From Acidimicrobiales bacterium (GTDB lineage Bacteria > Actinomycetota > Acidimicrobiia > Acidimicrobiales > VFJN01), in the NCBI GenBank assembly GCA_035708905.1, contig DASTFE010000176.1, positions 1-54,143 on the forward strand: a stretch of 54,143 nucleotides of DNA, read 5' to 3'. Of this stretch, positions 35,003 through 46,699 are shown one piece after another. A program made the position numbers and the translations under genes. Under the pieces are notes generated by a model that saw only the letters and a program-made list of their open reading frames with translations, made no database searches and was not told the DNA's origin. Each line of letters begins with the position of its first letter. Position 1 is the stretch's first letter.

Positions 35003-35806
35003 GTGCAGTTACCGTTCACCGAGATCGTCGTCCCGCTCGACGGGTCACCGACCGCCGAGCGGGCGATGGGCCCCGCCCTCGATCTGTCCCGGCGCACCGG
35101 CGTGCCGCTGCGCGTCCTCAGCCGGGCACTGCCCGGCGAGAAGGAGGAGCTGACGACGTACCTGGCCGGCGTGGCCGACCGGTACGCCGCGCTGGCCGAC
35201 GTCGAGACGCTGGTCACGGGCCGCGACGACGTGGCCGCCGCCATCGTCGACGGTCTCGAGCCGGGCTCGCTCGTCTGCATGTCGTCGCACGGCCGCACCG
35301 GCCTCGTCCGGGCGGCGCTCGGCAGCGTGGCCGAGGCGGTCATGCGCACCCTGCGGCAACCCGTCCTCGTGGTCGGTCCCGAGGTCAGCTCCGGTCGGGC
35401 CCTGTCCGGCCGGGTGGTCGCCTGCCTCGACGGCTCGCCCGCGGCCGACCTCACGCTCGGGCCGGCTGCGCAGTGGGCGGCCGCTCTCGGGCTGCCCCTG
35501 TGGCTGGTCTCGGTCGTCGACCCGGCGGTGGCCACCCCCGAGGCGCTGGCCGCGGGCGACGTGGTCGAGTCGGGCCACCTGGCGTCGCTGGCCGAGCGGA
35601 TCGGGGGCGTCGAGGGGTGGGACGTGCTGCACCGCGACGACCCGGCCGAGGCGCTCGCCGAGCTCGACGGCCGGGCCGAGGTGGCGGTGCTGGTGATGGC
35701 GACGCACGGCCGCACCGGGTGGGACCGCCTGCGGCTCGGCAGCGTCACCGTCGGCACGGTGCGGCGCTCGCCCGTGCCGGTGCTGGTCGTCCCCGCCGCG
35801 CCGTAG
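35003..35806 (+). CDS. Tandem-domain universal stress protein (UspA family).
   Basis: GTG at 35003 with GGAGGGA at 34991-34997. IVVPLDGSPTAERAM...CMSSHGRTG...VVACLDGSPAAD...LVMATHGRTGW...GSVTVGTVRRSPVPVLVV. Confidence 0.85.
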   Translation: MQLPFTEIVVPLDGSPTAERAMGPALDLSRRTGVPLRVLSRALPGEKEELTTYLAGVADRYAALADVETLVTGRDDVAAAIVDGLEPGSLVCMSSHGRTGLVRAALGSVAEAVMRTLRQPVLVVGPEVSSGRALSGRVVACLDGSPAADLTLGPAAQWAAALGLPLWLVSVVDPAVATPEALAAGDVVESGHLASLAERIGGVEGWDVLHRDDPAEALAELDGRAEVAVLVMATHGRTGWDRLRLGSVTVGTVRRSPVPVLVVPAAP

Positions 35807-35849
35807 TTCGGGCCGCCGGGCGGCGGCGCGGGGTGGTCCCGTGGCCGTC

Positions 35850-35864
35850 GGGACCTTCGCCCCT
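35850..35864. promoter_or_regulatory. DosR/DevR-like box upstream of the cupin gene.
   Basis: GGGACCTTCGCCCCT is an identical 15-mer to the reverse complement of 41882-41896. It is preceded by GGTCCC-N9, which forms a GGTCCC...GGGACC inverted repeat. Confidence 0.5.
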
Positions 35865-35891
35865 GCCTCGCCCGCCGCCGTGGGTGCGACC

Positions 35892-36275
35892 ATGCGGGTG
35901 ATGACGAACATCGACCAGCCCGAGGCAGCGACCGTCGCGACGCTCGTGACCCGTGCGGCGTCGGATGCGCTGGCCTGGCATCCCCTCGAGCCCTTCGACC
36001 GCGTCGACTACAAGCTGCTGTGGCGGTCGGGCAAGTCGGTCGCCGGGATCATGCGCGTCGGGCCCGGCGGCTCGGTGAGCCCGCACACCCACCAGCGCAC
36101 GCACCACCACCTGTGGGTGCTCGAGGGCACGGCCGAGATGCTGGGCGAGCGCGTCGGCCCCGGCACGTACCTGCACGTGCCGGCCGGCGTCGAGCACGGC
36201 ATCAGCGATCCCGGCGACGAGGGCTGCACCTTCCTCTACCTCTACCTGCGCGAGCCGGACGCCGCGGCCACGTAG
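35892..36275 (+). CDS. Cupin-domain protein (ChrR-like cupin).
   Basis: GGSVSPHTHQRTHHHLWVLEGTAEM....GTYLHVPAGVEHG. ATG at 35892 (35901 is an alternative start). Confidence 0.7.
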   Translation: MRVMTNIDQPEAATVATLVTRAASDALAWHPLEPFDRVDYKLLWRSGKSVAGIMRVGPGGSVSPHTHQRTHHHLWVLEGTAEMLGERVGPGTYLHVPAGVEHGISDPGDEGCTFLYLYLREPDAAAT

Positions 36276-36496
36276 GCGACGAACCCGTCGACCGACGCCA
36301 CCTGCGGGTAGTCCCGCTCGGGGACCTCGATGCCGGTCTCGTCGTAGAGCGCGCTCACCAGGTTGAGGAAGTCCATCGAGTCGAGCTCGGCCTCTTCCTG
36401 CAGCGGCGCCGCCGGGTCGAGGCCGTCGAGGTCGACCTCGGGGGCGATGCCGTGGAGCAGCCGGGCGAGCAGGGTGCGGGTCTCGGCGGCGTTCAC
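36242..36496 (-). CDS. Stand-alone acyl carrier protein (phosphopantetheine attachment site).
   Basis: 84 aa. ...PLQEEAELDSMDFLNLVSALYDETGIEVPE... (DSM serine motif). GTG at 36496 overlaps the E2 stop (GTGA). Its 3' end overlaps the convergent cupin gene by 34 nt. Confidence 0.7.
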   Translation of the reverse strand: MNAAETRTLLARLLHGIAPEVDLDGLDPAAPLQEEAELDSMDFLNLVSALYDETGIEVPERDYPQVASVDGFVAYVAAASGSRR

Positions 36497-37722
36497 AGGT
36501 CCTCCGGATGCTGGAGCAGGCGGTCGATGGCGTTCAGCAGGCGGGCGCCGATCATGCCGTCCGTGGCCCGGTGGTCGGCGGCCAGCGTGGCCCGTACGGT
36601 GGGGCGCACGCCGAGCATGCCGCCGCAGGCCCAGGGCCGCTCGGCCACCCGCCCGAAGCCGACCAGCGCCACCTGGGGCGGGTAGATGACCCCGTGCACC
36701 TCGTCGACCCCCTGGTCGCCCAGGTTGGTGACGGTGAGGGTGGGGTCGGACATCTCGGAGCTGCGCAGCCGCCCGGCCCGGGCCCGGCCGACCAGGTCGC
36801 GCAGGGCGGCCATCAACTCGTCGAGCGTGAGCCGGTCGGCGTCGTGGATGGCGGGGGCGATCAGGCCGCCGCCCCGCAACGACACGGCGACGCCCAGGTG
36901 GACCGCCGGCGACGGGCGGTACGAGCCGTCCCAGAAGCCGTTGAGCGCAGGGACCTCGCGGGCCGCGAGCGCCGTCGCCTTGAGCAGCAGCGCACCGGGG
37001 AGCAGGCGCTCGGACACCGACCGCTGCTCGTTGGTCTCGGCGAGCCACGCCAGCGCGGTCGCCATGTCGATCGTCGTGGCCAGGTGGTAGTGGGGGATCT
37101 CCCGCGCCGAGCGGGCCATGAGCGCGCCGATGGCGCGGCGCATCGCCGCCTGGCGGTCCTCGCGGCGGCCCGGCGGGCCGGGCACGGCGGCCTCCGGCGC
37201 GGCCGGCGCCGGTACCACCGTGGCCCGGTCGAGGTCGGCGGCGACCACCGCGCCGCCCGGCCCCGAGCCGGCGACGGCGGCGAGGTCGATGCCCCGCTCG
37301 GCCGCACGGCGCCGAGCCAGCGGCGACGCCCGGAGGTGGGCGGCGACCGGCGCGACGGTGGGCGCGGGCTCGGCCGTGCCGGGCCGGGCCGCCGGCTTCG
37401 CCTTGGCCTTGCGGGGCCGGGCCGCCCGCTTGCGGCCGGCTGCCACGGCTCGGGTCGGTCGTGCGGCCGCGGCCGGCGCGGCGGGCGCGACGGCCGCGAT
37501 GCGGGCGAGGGGGGCGCCGACGGGCGCCTCGGTGCCCGGCTCGACGAGCAGGGCCTCGACGACGCCGTCCTCGAACACCTCGACCTCGATGGTGGACTTC
37601 TCGGTGTCGACCACGGCGACGATGTCGCCCCGGTGGACGGTGTCACCCGGCTGTACCCGCCACTCGAGCAGCGTGCCGGCCTCCATGTCGGCGCCCAGCG
37701 ACGGCATCACGAACTCGCCCAC
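36493..37722 (-). CDS. Dihydrolipoamide acyltransferase (E2) of a 2-oxoacid/acetoin dehydrogenase complex.
   Basis: Lipoyl domain [18 protein letters not shown]...[12 protein letters not shown]. Subunit-binding domain [16 protein letters not shown]...GSGPGG. Catalytic motif [10 protein letters not shown]. Confidence 0.9.
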   Translation of the reverse strand: MGEFVMPSLGADMEAGTLLEWRVQPGDTVHRGDIVAVVDTEKSTIEVEVFEDGVVEALLVEPGTEAPVGAPLARIAAVAPAAPAAAARPTRAVAAGRKRAARPRKAKAKPAARPGTAEPAPTVAPVAAHLRASPLARRRAAERGIDLAAVAGSGPGGAVVAADLDRATVVPAPAAPEAAVPGPPGRREDRQAAMRRAIGALMARSAREIPHYHLATTIDMATALAWLAETNEQRSVSERLLPGALLLKATALAAREVPALNGFWDGSYRPSPAVHLGVAVSLRGGGLIAPAIHDADRLTLDELMAALRDLVGRARAGRLRSSEMSDPTLTVTNLGDQGVDEVHGVIYPPQVALVGFGRVAERPWACGGMLGVRPTVRATLAADHRATDGMIGARLLNAIDRLLQHPEDL

Positions 37723-37724
37723 GG

Positions 37725-38696
37725 TCAGCCCCCGAGCTCCTTGGCCGCGGCCACGATGTCGGCGACCTGAGGGAGGGCGGCCTCCTCGAGGTGCCTGGCG
37801 TACGGCATCGGCACCTCGGCGCTGCACACCCGGCCCACGGGCGCGTCCAGGTCGTAGAAGGCCTCCTCGGTGATGCGGGCGCTGACCTCGGCCGCCAGGC
37901 TGCCCGTGCGCCAGCCCTCGTCGACGACGACGGCCCGGTGGGTGCGGGTGACCGAGCCGACGATCGTCGCGGTGTCGAGCGGCCGCAGCGTGCGCAGGTC
38001 GACCACCTCGGCGTCGATGCCGTCGGCCGTGAGCTGGTCGGCCGCCGCCAGCGCCTTGCCGAGCGTGCCGCCGTAGGCGACGACCGTCAGGTCGCGGCCC
38101 GGCCGTCGGACGGCGGCCCGGTCGATGTCGACGGCGCCGGCGTCGTCGGCCAGCTCGCCCTCGATGTTGTAGAGGCTGCCGTGCTCGAACACGAGCACGG
38201 GATCGGGGTCGCACAGCGCGGTCCACAGCATGCCCCGAGCGTCCTCGAGGGTGGCCGGCGCCACGACCCGGATGCCGGGCACGTGCGCGTACCAGCCCTC
38301 GAAGCTGTGCGAGTGCTGGGCGGCGAGCTGGCGGCCGGCGCCCGTCGTCATGCGCACCACCAGGGGCACGTTGAACTGGCCGCCCGACATGTGCAGCAGG
38401 GTGGCCGCGTTGTTCACGATCTGGTCGAGCGCCAGCAGGCTGAAGTTGACGGTCATGACCTCGACGATCGGGCGCATGCCCCCCAGCGCCGCGCCGATGC
38501 CGGCACCGACGAAGGCCGACTCGGACAGGGGGGCGTCCCGCACCCGGTCGGGCCCGAACTCCTCGAGCAGGCCGAGGCTGACGGCGAAGCAGCCCCCGTA
38601 GCGGCCGACGTCCTCACCCATGAGGAACACCCGGTCGTCGCGGGTGAGCGCGTCCCGCAGCGCAGCCCGCACGGCCTCGCGGTAGGTGGTCGTCAT
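37725..38696 (-). CDS. 2-oxoacid (pyruvate/acetoin-type) dehydrogenase E1 beta subunit.
   Basis: [32 protein letters not shown].....L..EFGP.RV.D.PLSE... Transketolase-like pyrimidine-binding and C-terminal domains. Confidence 0.9.
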   Translation of the reverse strand: MTTTYREAVRAALRDALTRDDRVFLMGEDVGRYGGCFAVSLGLLEEFGPDRVRDAPLSESAFVGAGIGAALGGMRPIVEVMTVNFSLLALDQIVNNAATLLHMSGGQFNVPLVVRMTTGAGRQLAAQHSHSFEGWYAHVPGIRVVAPATLEDARGMLWTALCDPDPVLVFEHGSLYNIEGELADDAGAVDIDRAAVRRPGRDLTVVAYGGTLGKALAAADQLTADGIDAEVVDLRTLRPLDTATIVGSVTRTHRAVVVDEGWRTGSLAAEVSARITEEAFYDLDAPVGRVCSAEVPMPYARHLEEAALPQVADIVAAAKELGG

Positions 38697-39660
38697 GTCG
38701 TCACCTCGCTCGTGACGAACCGGGTCAGGTCCTCGACCGGCTCGAGCGTGCCCGCTCGGGCGCCGGCCACCGCCGCGTCAAGCTCGGCGGCCACCTCGTC
38801 CTCCATGGCCGCCAGGTCGTCGTCGCCGAGCGCGCCGTCCGCGCGGAGGCGCTCGGTCAGCAGGGCGATCGGGTCGCGCCGGCGCCACAGCTCCACCTCG
38901 TCCTTGGACCGGTAGCGCTCGGGGTCGTACATCGAGTGGGCGCGGAACCGGTAGGTGCGCAGCTCGAGGAACACCGGGCCGCCGCCGTCGCGGACCTGCA
39001 CCACCGCCCGGCGGGCGGCGTCGGCCACGGCCAGCACGTCCATGCCGTCGACGGGCCAGGCGGGCACGCCGTAGCCGGTGGCCCGCATGGCCAGGTCGGT
39101 GACCGCCTCGCTGCGTGCCAGGGCCGTGCCCATGGCGTAGAGGTTGTTCTCGCAGCAGAACAGCACGGGCAGGTGCCACAGCGCGGCCAGGTTCATGGTC
39201 TCGTGGAACTCGCCCTCGGCCACCGCGCCCTCGCCGAAGAAGCAGGCGGTGACCTGCCGGCGGCCCTGCATGGCGTCGGCCAGCGCCAGGCCCGCCGCCA
39301 GGGGGATGCCGCCGCCGACGATGGCGTTGCCGCCGTAGAAGCGGCTGGACCGGTCGAACAGGTGCATCGAGCCGCCCCGGCCGCGGCTGGTGCCCTCGAC
39401 CTTGCCGAGCATCTCGGCCATGATCGCCTCGGCCGGGACGCCCCGGGCCAGCGCGTGGCCGTGGTCGCGGTAGGTCGCCACCACGGCGTCCTCGGGGGCG
39501 AGGGCCCCCATCACCCCGACCGCGACGGCCTCCTCGCCGATGTACAGGTGGAGGAAGCCGCGGATCTCGGTGGCGCTGTACAGCTCGACGCAGCGCTCCT
39601 CGAACCGGCGGATGCGCAGCATCTCGCGCAGCAGGTGCAGCCCCTCGGCGCGCTCGACGG

Positions 39661-39664
<4 letters not shown>
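38693..39664 (-). CDS. 2-oxoacid (Aco/PDH-type) dehydrogenase E1 alpha subunit, TPP-dependent.
   Basis: [11 protein letters not shown]....[13 protein letters not shown]; GGSMH. TPP motif [39 protein letters not shown]; note GEG where GDG is usual. GTG at 39664 overlaps the upstream stop. Confidence 0.9.
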
Positions 39665-41462
<1,798 letters not shown>

Positions 41463-41466
<4 letters not shown>

Positions 41467-41831
41467 CCGGTGGCCGCCGCCCGGTCGGCCTCCTCGCTGA
41501 ACTCGAGGTAGGCCTCCCAGGCCCGCGGCGCGTACACGCTGGCCGTGCCGCCGCCGAGCAGCAGCGCGACGCCCAGCATCTCGGCGACCTCGCCCGGCGT
41601 GGCCCCGGCCCGGGCGGCGGCCTTGGCGTGGTAGGCGATGCACCCGTCGCACCTGGTGGCCACCGAGATGGCCACCGCCGCGGCCTCCTTGAGCCGGGTG
41701 GGCACCTCGCCCTCGGCCATGGCCGCCTGGTGGAGCGCCAGGAACCCGGACCAGGCGTCGGGGATGGAGTGGCGCAGCAGGCGGGTCGGCTCGCGCAGGT
41801 CCTGCAGGGTCTCGTGGTGACGGTGCGACAT
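41463..41831 (-). CDS. Carboxymuconolactone decarboxylase-family / AhpD-like protein with a CxxC motif.
   Basis: 122 aa. ...[26 protein letters not shown]... is an AhpD-core signature. It is the first gene of the six-gene operon. Confidence 0.85.
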
Positions 41832-41881
41832 GGGAACCCTCCCGTTCACTGCCATGGTGCGCCGCGCCGGTGGGGCCGGAC

Positions 41882-41896
41882 AGGGGCGAAGGTCCC
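41882..41896. promoter_or_regulatory. DosR/DevR-like box in the divergent promoter between the AhpD-like operon and the GNAT gene.
   Basis: AGGGGCGAAGGTCCC is the reverse complement of GGGACCTTCGCCCCT. It lies 51 nt from the AhpD-like ATG and 71 nt from the GNAT GTG. Confidence 0.5.
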
Positions 41897-41966
41897 CGCC
41901 CGGGCGGACCCGGCGGCGGGACGTACGGCCCTGGTGACCGGGTCCGGGTCGGGCCACGATGGGTGC

Positions 41967-42995
41967 GTGGAACCGACCACCGCCGGTGCGCGCCGCGTCG
42001 ACCTGCCGCCGGGCAGGGCGCTGGTCGTCCGCCCCGTCGGGCCGGGTGACGTGGACGCGCTCATGGCCCTCTACGACGGCCTGTCCGACGACGACCGCTA
42101 CCGGCGGTTCTTCTCCGCCTACCGGCCCGACCGCGCCTTCTTCGAGCGGGCGGCGGCCGTGCGGTCGCGCGGCGGTCACGGCCTGGTGGCGGTGGAGGCG
42201 GCGACGGCCCCCGAGCGCGAGCTGCGGATCGTCGGCGAGGCCAACTACGAGCTGCTGCCCAACGGCGATGGCGAGCTGGCCATGGCGGTGGCCGCCGACT
42301 GGCGGGGTTGGCTGGGCCCCTACCTGCTCGACGCGCTGGTCGACGCCGCCGCCGATCGGGGGGTGCCCAACCTCGAGGCGGACGTGCTGGCCACCAACGC
42401 GCCCATGCTGGCCCTGCTGCGATCGCGGGGCTACGCCAACCTGTCCAGCGACGACTGGGTGTCGCTGCGCCTGATCGTCGGCACCCGCGGCCGGACCCCG
42501 ACGTGGCCGCGCGGCGCCGTGCGCGGCGGCGGCCCCGCCGGGCCGCGGGTGCTGGTGGAGGCCCCGGGCGGGCGGTGGCACGCGGCGCGGGAGGCGGCGG
42601 ACGCCGGCTTCGACGTCATCGCCTGCTCGGGCCCCCGCGGCGGGCGGTGCCCGGCACTGGCCGGCGAGCCGTGCCCGCTGGTCGCCGGTGCGGATGCCGT
42701 CGTCGTGTCGCGCCCCCGCGACGACGAGCGGTGGCGCGCGCTGGTCGACGCCCACGCCCGGGCCCACCCCGGGGTGCCCGTGTGCGTCGAGCCCCGGCCG
42801 GGCGGCGACGTCGACGACCCGCGCCTGGTCGTGTCGATCATCGACCGGGTCACGGCGGCCGTCCGGCGGGGGGACGTCGGGACGATCGCCTCTGGACAGG
42901 AGGCGCCGGGTGCGCGCGCGCTGAACGTGGAGAGGAATGCGGAGACCGAGACACCTCCACGAGGAGGAGGTAGCGATGGCACTGATGCGACGTGA
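41967..42995 (+). CDS. Pat-type GNAT N-acetyltransferase with an uncharacterised Cys-containing C-terminal domain.
   Basis: [30 protein letters not shown]...[10 protein letters not shown]...[25 protein letters not shown]...[16 protein letters not shown]. The start is uncertain (GTG at 41967). The 3' end overlaps the hsp20 start by 20 nt. Confidence 0.65.
   Translation: MEPTTAGARRVDLPPGRALVVRPVGPGDVDALMALYDGLSDDDRYRRFFSAYRPDRAFFERAAAVRSRGGHGLVAVEAATAPERELRIVGEANYELLPNGDGELAMAVAADWRGWLGPYLLDALVDAAADRGVPNLEADVLATNAPMLALLRSRGYANLSSDDWVSLRLIVGTRGRTPTWPRGAVRGGGPAGPRVLVEAPGGRWHAAREAADAGFDVIACSGPRGGRCPALAGEPCPLVAGADAVVVSRPRDDERWRALVDAHARAHPGVPVCVEPRPGGDVDDPRLVVSIIDRVTAAVRRGDVGTIASGQEAPGARALNVERNAETETPPRGGGSDGTDAT
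42879..42893. promoter_or_regulatory. Weaker DosR-like box about 83 nt upstream of hsp20, inside the GNAT coding sequence.
   Basis: GGGACGATCGCCTCT matches GGGACCTTCGCCCCT at 12 of 15 positions. Confidence 0.3.
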
Positions 42996-43413
42996 GCGGT
43001 TCGAGCTCCCCGACCTGTTCCAGATGGGCTTCCCGGAGCTGTTCCGGCGGATGACCGACGTCGAGCCCTTCACCGGCTGGCTGCGGGTGGAGGAGTACAC
43101 CGAGGACGGTTCGCTGGTCGTGCGGGCCGAGCTGCCCGACATCGACCCGGACAAGGACGTCGAGCTGTCCGTGACCGAGGGCATGCTCCACATCCAGGCG
43201 ACGCGCCAGGAGAAGTCCGAGAAGCGCGACAAGGAGATGTACCGGTCCGAGTTCCGGTACGGCTCGTTCGTCCGCAACATCCGGCTGCCCGAGGGCACGA
43301 AGGACGAGGACATCACGGCGTCGTACAAGGACGGCATCCTCGAGATCCGGGTGCCGATGCCCGAGCAGGCCGAGAAGGAGACCGTCACCCGGGTGCCCAT
43401 CACCCACGGGTGA
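42976..43413 (+). CDS. Hsp20/alpha-crystallin family small heat-shock protein.
   Basis: ATG at 42976 is preceded by GAGGAGGAGG. ...VRAELPDIDPDKDVELSVTEGMLHIQATR....RSEFRYGSFVRNIRLPEG...ITASYKDGILEIRVP. Confidence 0.9.
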   Translation: MALMRRERFELPDLFQMGFPELFRRMTDVEPFTGWLRVEEYTEDGSLVVRAELPDIDPDKDVELSVTEGMLHIQATRQEKSEKRDKEMYRSEFRYGSFVRNIRLPEGTKDEDITASYKDGILEIRVPMPEQAEKETVTRVPITHG

Positions 43414-43423
43414 CCACGGGCCT

Positions 43424-43456
43424 CGGGGCCCTGCCCTCCCGGTGGGCGGGGCCCCG
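43424..43456. terminator. Strong GC hairpin between convergent hsp20 and the P-type ATPase; putative bidirectional terminator.
   Basis: CGGGGCCCTGCCC (43424-43436) pairs with GGGCGGGGCCCCG (43444-43456), with loop TCCCGGT. There is one G-U pair and no clear U-tract. Confidence 0.45.
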
Positions 43457-43463
43457 GGTCGCG

Positions 43464-46082
43464 TCAGGCCGCCGGGCCGGTGACGGCGGCCACCTTCGCG
43501 GTGGCCGGTGAGCGGGCGCGCCGCCGGCGCTTGTCGAGGGCGTCGCCCGCCAGCAGCGCCGCCGCGGCCGCGAACGCCACCAGCCACCCGATCAGCGGCG
43601 GGCTCGCGTGCCCCAGCTCGCGCGCCACCGGCCCGATCAGCAGCATGGCCAGCGAGAGGCCGGCCTCGATGGCCACGGCGGCGATCAGCAGGCGGTTGGT
43701 CGTCCAGCCGAGGGCCCCGGGCGTGCGCGTCGCGCTGCGGCAGGCGAAGGCGTTGGCCGACTGGGCGACCACCACCGTGAGGAAGGCCGCCCCCGACGCC
43801 GCTGCCGCGGTGTGCCCACCCGGGAACGCCTCGCCGGGTCGCCACCCGAGCGCGACGAACGTCAGGACGAACGCCGCCATGGCGCTCGCCGCCTCGATCG
43901 GGCCGAGCAGGCCGAACGCCCGCTGGGCCACCCGCCCGCTCAGCAAGCGTCCCCCGACGGGCGGGCGGTCCAGCACGTCGCGCGCCGGCGGCTCGGCACC
44001 CAGGGCCACCGACGAGAAGGTGTCGGTGCCGATGTCGAGGGCCAGGATCTGCAGCACGCCGAGGGCGAGCGGGAACCGGCCGCCCGACAGTGCCCACACG
44101 AGGAACGGGGTGAGCTCGGCGACGTTGTCGGTGAGGGGGTAGGTGAGGAAGCGCCGGATGTTGACGAAGGTGGCCCGGCCCTGCTCGACCCCGGCGACGA
44201 TCGTGGCGAAGTGGTCGTCGAGCAGCACGAGGTCGGCGGCCTCACGGGCCACGTCGGTGCCCGAGCGACCCATGGCGATGCCGATGTCGGCCTCGTGGAG
44301 GGCCGGGCCGTCGTTGACGCCGTCGCCGGTCATGGCCACGACGTGGCCACGGGCCCGCAGCGCCCGGGCGATGCGCAGCTTGTCCTCGGGCGACACCCGG
44401 GCGACGACGATGCCGTCGTGGTCGAGCAGCGCGCCGAGCGCGCCCTCGTCGGCCGGCAGGTCGGCGCCCGTCACGACCGGATCGTCCCCCCGGCGCAACC
44501 CGACCTCCGTGCCGATCGCGGCGGCCGTCGCCGGGTGGTCGCCGGTGATCATCGCCACCTTGATCCCCGCGTGGCGGCACGCCTCGATGGCGCCGTCGAC
44601 GTCCTCGCGGGGCGGGTCCTCGAGGGCCAGCACCCCGAGCAGCTGCAGGCCGCACTCGGCCGCGGCGGCGGTGGCCGGCATGCCGTCGCCGAGCGGCCGG
44701 CCGGCGACGGCGAGCATCCGCAGACCCCGCCGGGTGAGCGCCTCGACGACCGGCGCCGCCGCTGCGCCGCCGGCGCACAGCGGCAGGACGGCGTCGGGTG
44801 CGCCCTTGACCACGATCTCGCCGTCGACCACGACGGACATGCGCCGCCGGCGCGGGTCGAACGGGAACCGCGCCGTGGGGGCGTGGTCGGCCCGGTCGGC
44901 ATCCGTGTCGATGCCGAGCCGTCGCGCCAGCACGTCGATCGCCGCCTCCGTCGGGTCGCCGTGGGCCACCCACGCCCCGTCGGACGGGTGGGCGTAGCCG
45001 GTCGAGCACCGCACCCCCGCGAGCGCGAGCCGGGCGAGGGCGGGGCCGGCGGCGGGATCCGGCAGCGTCACCGTCGCGTGCGGCTCGTAGCCGCTGCCGC
45101 TGATCCGGGCGCCGCCGGCCGGCGTCCAGGCCTCGACCACGGCCATCTGGTTGCGCGTCAGGGTGCCGGTCTTGTCGGTGCAGATGAAGGTGGTCGACCC
45201 GAGCGTCTCGACCGCCTCGAGGTCGCGCACCAGCACCTGGCGCCCGGCCATCCGCTCGGCGCCCCAGGCGAGCGACAGGGTCACGGTGGGCAGCAGCGCC
45301 TCGGGCACGAGGGCGACCGTGACGCCGATGGCGAACACGAACCCGTCCGCCGGGTCGTTGCCCAGCAGCAGCGCCAGGCCGAAGAAGGCACCGCCGACCG
45401 CCACCGCGATGGTCGCCACCGTGCGGACGACCCGGTGCAGCTCGTGCGCGAGCGGGGTCACCGGTTTGGCCGTCACGGTGGTCAGCCGGGCGATGCCGGC
45501 GAGCCGCGTGGCCGCACCGATCGCCCGCACGGTCGCATCGGCCTCGCCTTCGACCACGAACATGCCGGCCAGCACCTCGTCGCCCGGCCCCGCAGCGGTC
45601 GCCTCGCTCTCGCCGGTGAGCAGCGACGTGTCGACCAGCAGGCCGTGCGCCACGGTGACGACGGCGTCGGCGGGGACGCGGTCGCCCTGCCCGAGGGCCA
45701 GCAGGTCGCCCGTGACGACCTCGGTCGCATCGATCTCGATCCGCCGGCCGTCACGGCGGACCGTGATGCGGCGGGGCAGCAGGTCGCGCAGGCGCTCGGC
45801 CGCCCGGTCGGCGCGGGTCTCCTGCGCGAACGCGAAGAGGGCGTTCACCACGATCACGGCGAAGATGGCGATGCCGAGCTCGGGCAGGTCGGCGACGAAG
45901 GCGAGCACGCCCGCGACCCACAGCATGAGGGCGAAGAAGTGCACGAGCTGGTCGGCGAGCCGGCGCAGCGGGTGCGGCCGCCGGGGCGGTGGCAGGCGGT
46001 TGGGCCCGTCGCGGGCGAGCCGCTCGGCGGCCTCCTGCGACGACAGGCCGTCGCGGCCGGCCGCAGACAGGGTGTCGCGCAC
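43464..46082 (-). CDS. Cation-transporting P-type ATPase (type II, Ca2+/Mg2+-like; CtpF-like).
   Basis: GLSSQEAAERL...GPN N-terminus, TGES, the phosphorylation site CTDKTGTLT, MITGDH and TGDGVNDGPAL. About 10 TM segments. Confidence 0.9.
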   Translation of the reverse strand: MRDTLSAAGRDGLSSQEAAERLARDGPNRLPPPRRPHPLRRLADQLVHFFALMLWVAGVLAFVADLPELGIAIFAVIVVNALFAFAQETRADRAAERLRDLLPRRITVRRDGRRIEIDATEVVTGDLLALGQGDRVPADAVVTVAHGLLVDTSLLTGESEATAAGPGDEVLAGMFVVEGEADATVRAIGAATRLAGIARLTTVTAKPVTPLAHELHRVVRTVATIAVAVGGAFFGLALLLGNDPADGFVFAIGVTVALVPEALLPTVTLSLAWGAERMAGRQVLVRDLEAVETLGSTTFICTDKTGTLTRNQMAVVEAWTPAGGARISGSGYEPHATVTLPDPAAGPALARLALAGVRCSTGYAHPSDGAWVAHGDPTEAAIDVLARRLGIDTDADRADHAPTARFPFDPRRRRMSVVVDGEIVVKGAPDAVLPLCAGGAAAAPVVEALTRRGLRMLAVAGRPLGDGMPATAAAAECGLQLLGVLALEDPPREDVDGAIEACRHAGIKVAMITGDHPATAAAIGTEVGLRRGDDPVVTGADLPADEGALGALLDHDGIVVARVSPEDKLRIARALRARGHVVAMTGDGVNDGPALHEADIGIAMGRSGTDVAREAADLVLLDDHFATIVAGVEQGRATFVNIRRFLTYPLTDNVAELTPFLVWALSGGRFPLALGVLQILALDIGTDTFSSVALGAEPPARDVLDRPPVGGRLLSGRVAQRAFGLLGPIEAASAMAAFVLTFVALGWRPGEAFPGGHTAAAASGAAFLTVVVAQSANAFACRSATRTPGALGWTTNRLLIAAVAIEAGLSLAMLLIGPVARELGHASPPLIGWLVAFAAAAALLAGDALDKRRRRARSPATAKVAAVTGPAA

Positions 46083-46146
46083 CCGCAGATCCTCATCCAG
46101 GCGCCGGCCGCCGCGCCAGTACCCGCGCCGCCGGATCGGCCGGGCT

Positions 46147-46161
46147 GGTGACCTTCGGCCC
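46147..46161. promoter_or_regulatory. DosR/DevR-like box in the divergent promoter between the P-type ATPase and the CBS-domain gene.
   Basis: GTGACCTTCGGCCCT lies about 65 nt from both start codons. Confidence 0.5.
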
Positions 46162-46226
46162 TACAGCGCCCGCCCGGGCGGGAGGACCCTGGAGCGTGGA
46201 GAGCATGCTCGTCCAGGAGGTGCGCC

Positions 46227-46679
46227 ATGCACGCGAAGGAAGCCGCACGCAGGGAACCCGTGACCGTCGCCCCGGACGCCACCGTCACGACCGCCGCTCA
46301 GCTGATGGACGAGGCCGCCGTCGGGGCGCTGGTGGTCGTCGAGCCCGAGGGCCGCCCGGTGGGGATCGTGACCGACCGCGACCTCGTGGTGCGGGCGCTG
46401 GCGCACCGGTGCGACCCGGAGGCCCGCGTCGACTCGGCGATGTCGACCGACCTCGTCACGCTGCCCGCCGACGCCGACCTGCGCGACGCCCTGGCGGTGT
46501 TCGAGGACCACGCGATCCGGCGGCTGCCGCTGATGGAGGGCGACCGGATGGTGGGGATGCTGACGATGGACGACCTCGTCGTCGACCTCGTGTCCGACCT
46601 CGGCCGCCTCACCCGGCCGATCCTCGGCCAGGTGCTGTTCGGCCACCCGGAGCCCGCCACGCCGGTGCCCACCGCCTGA
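46227..46679 (+). CDS. CBS-pair domain protein (Hrp1-like).
   Basis: VGALVVVEPEGRPVGIVTDRDLVVR...AMSTDLVTL...FEDHAIRRLPLMEGDRMVGMLTMDDL. Confidence 0.85.
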   Translation: MHAKEAARREPVTVAPDATVTTAAQLMDEAAVGALVVVEPEGRPVGIVTDRDLVVRALAHRCDPEARVDSAMSTDLVTLPADADLRDALAVFEDHAIRRLPLMEGDRMVGMLTMDDLVVDLVSDLGRLTRPILGQVLFGHPEPATPVPTA

Positions 46680-46699
46680 GCCGGATCGGCCCGCCCGGC

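Noticed and set aside
43608-46151. 847-aa ORF antisense to the P-type ATPase.
   Set aside because: It is a shadow ORF, and the minus strand has the DKTGTLT and TGDGVNDGPAL motifs.
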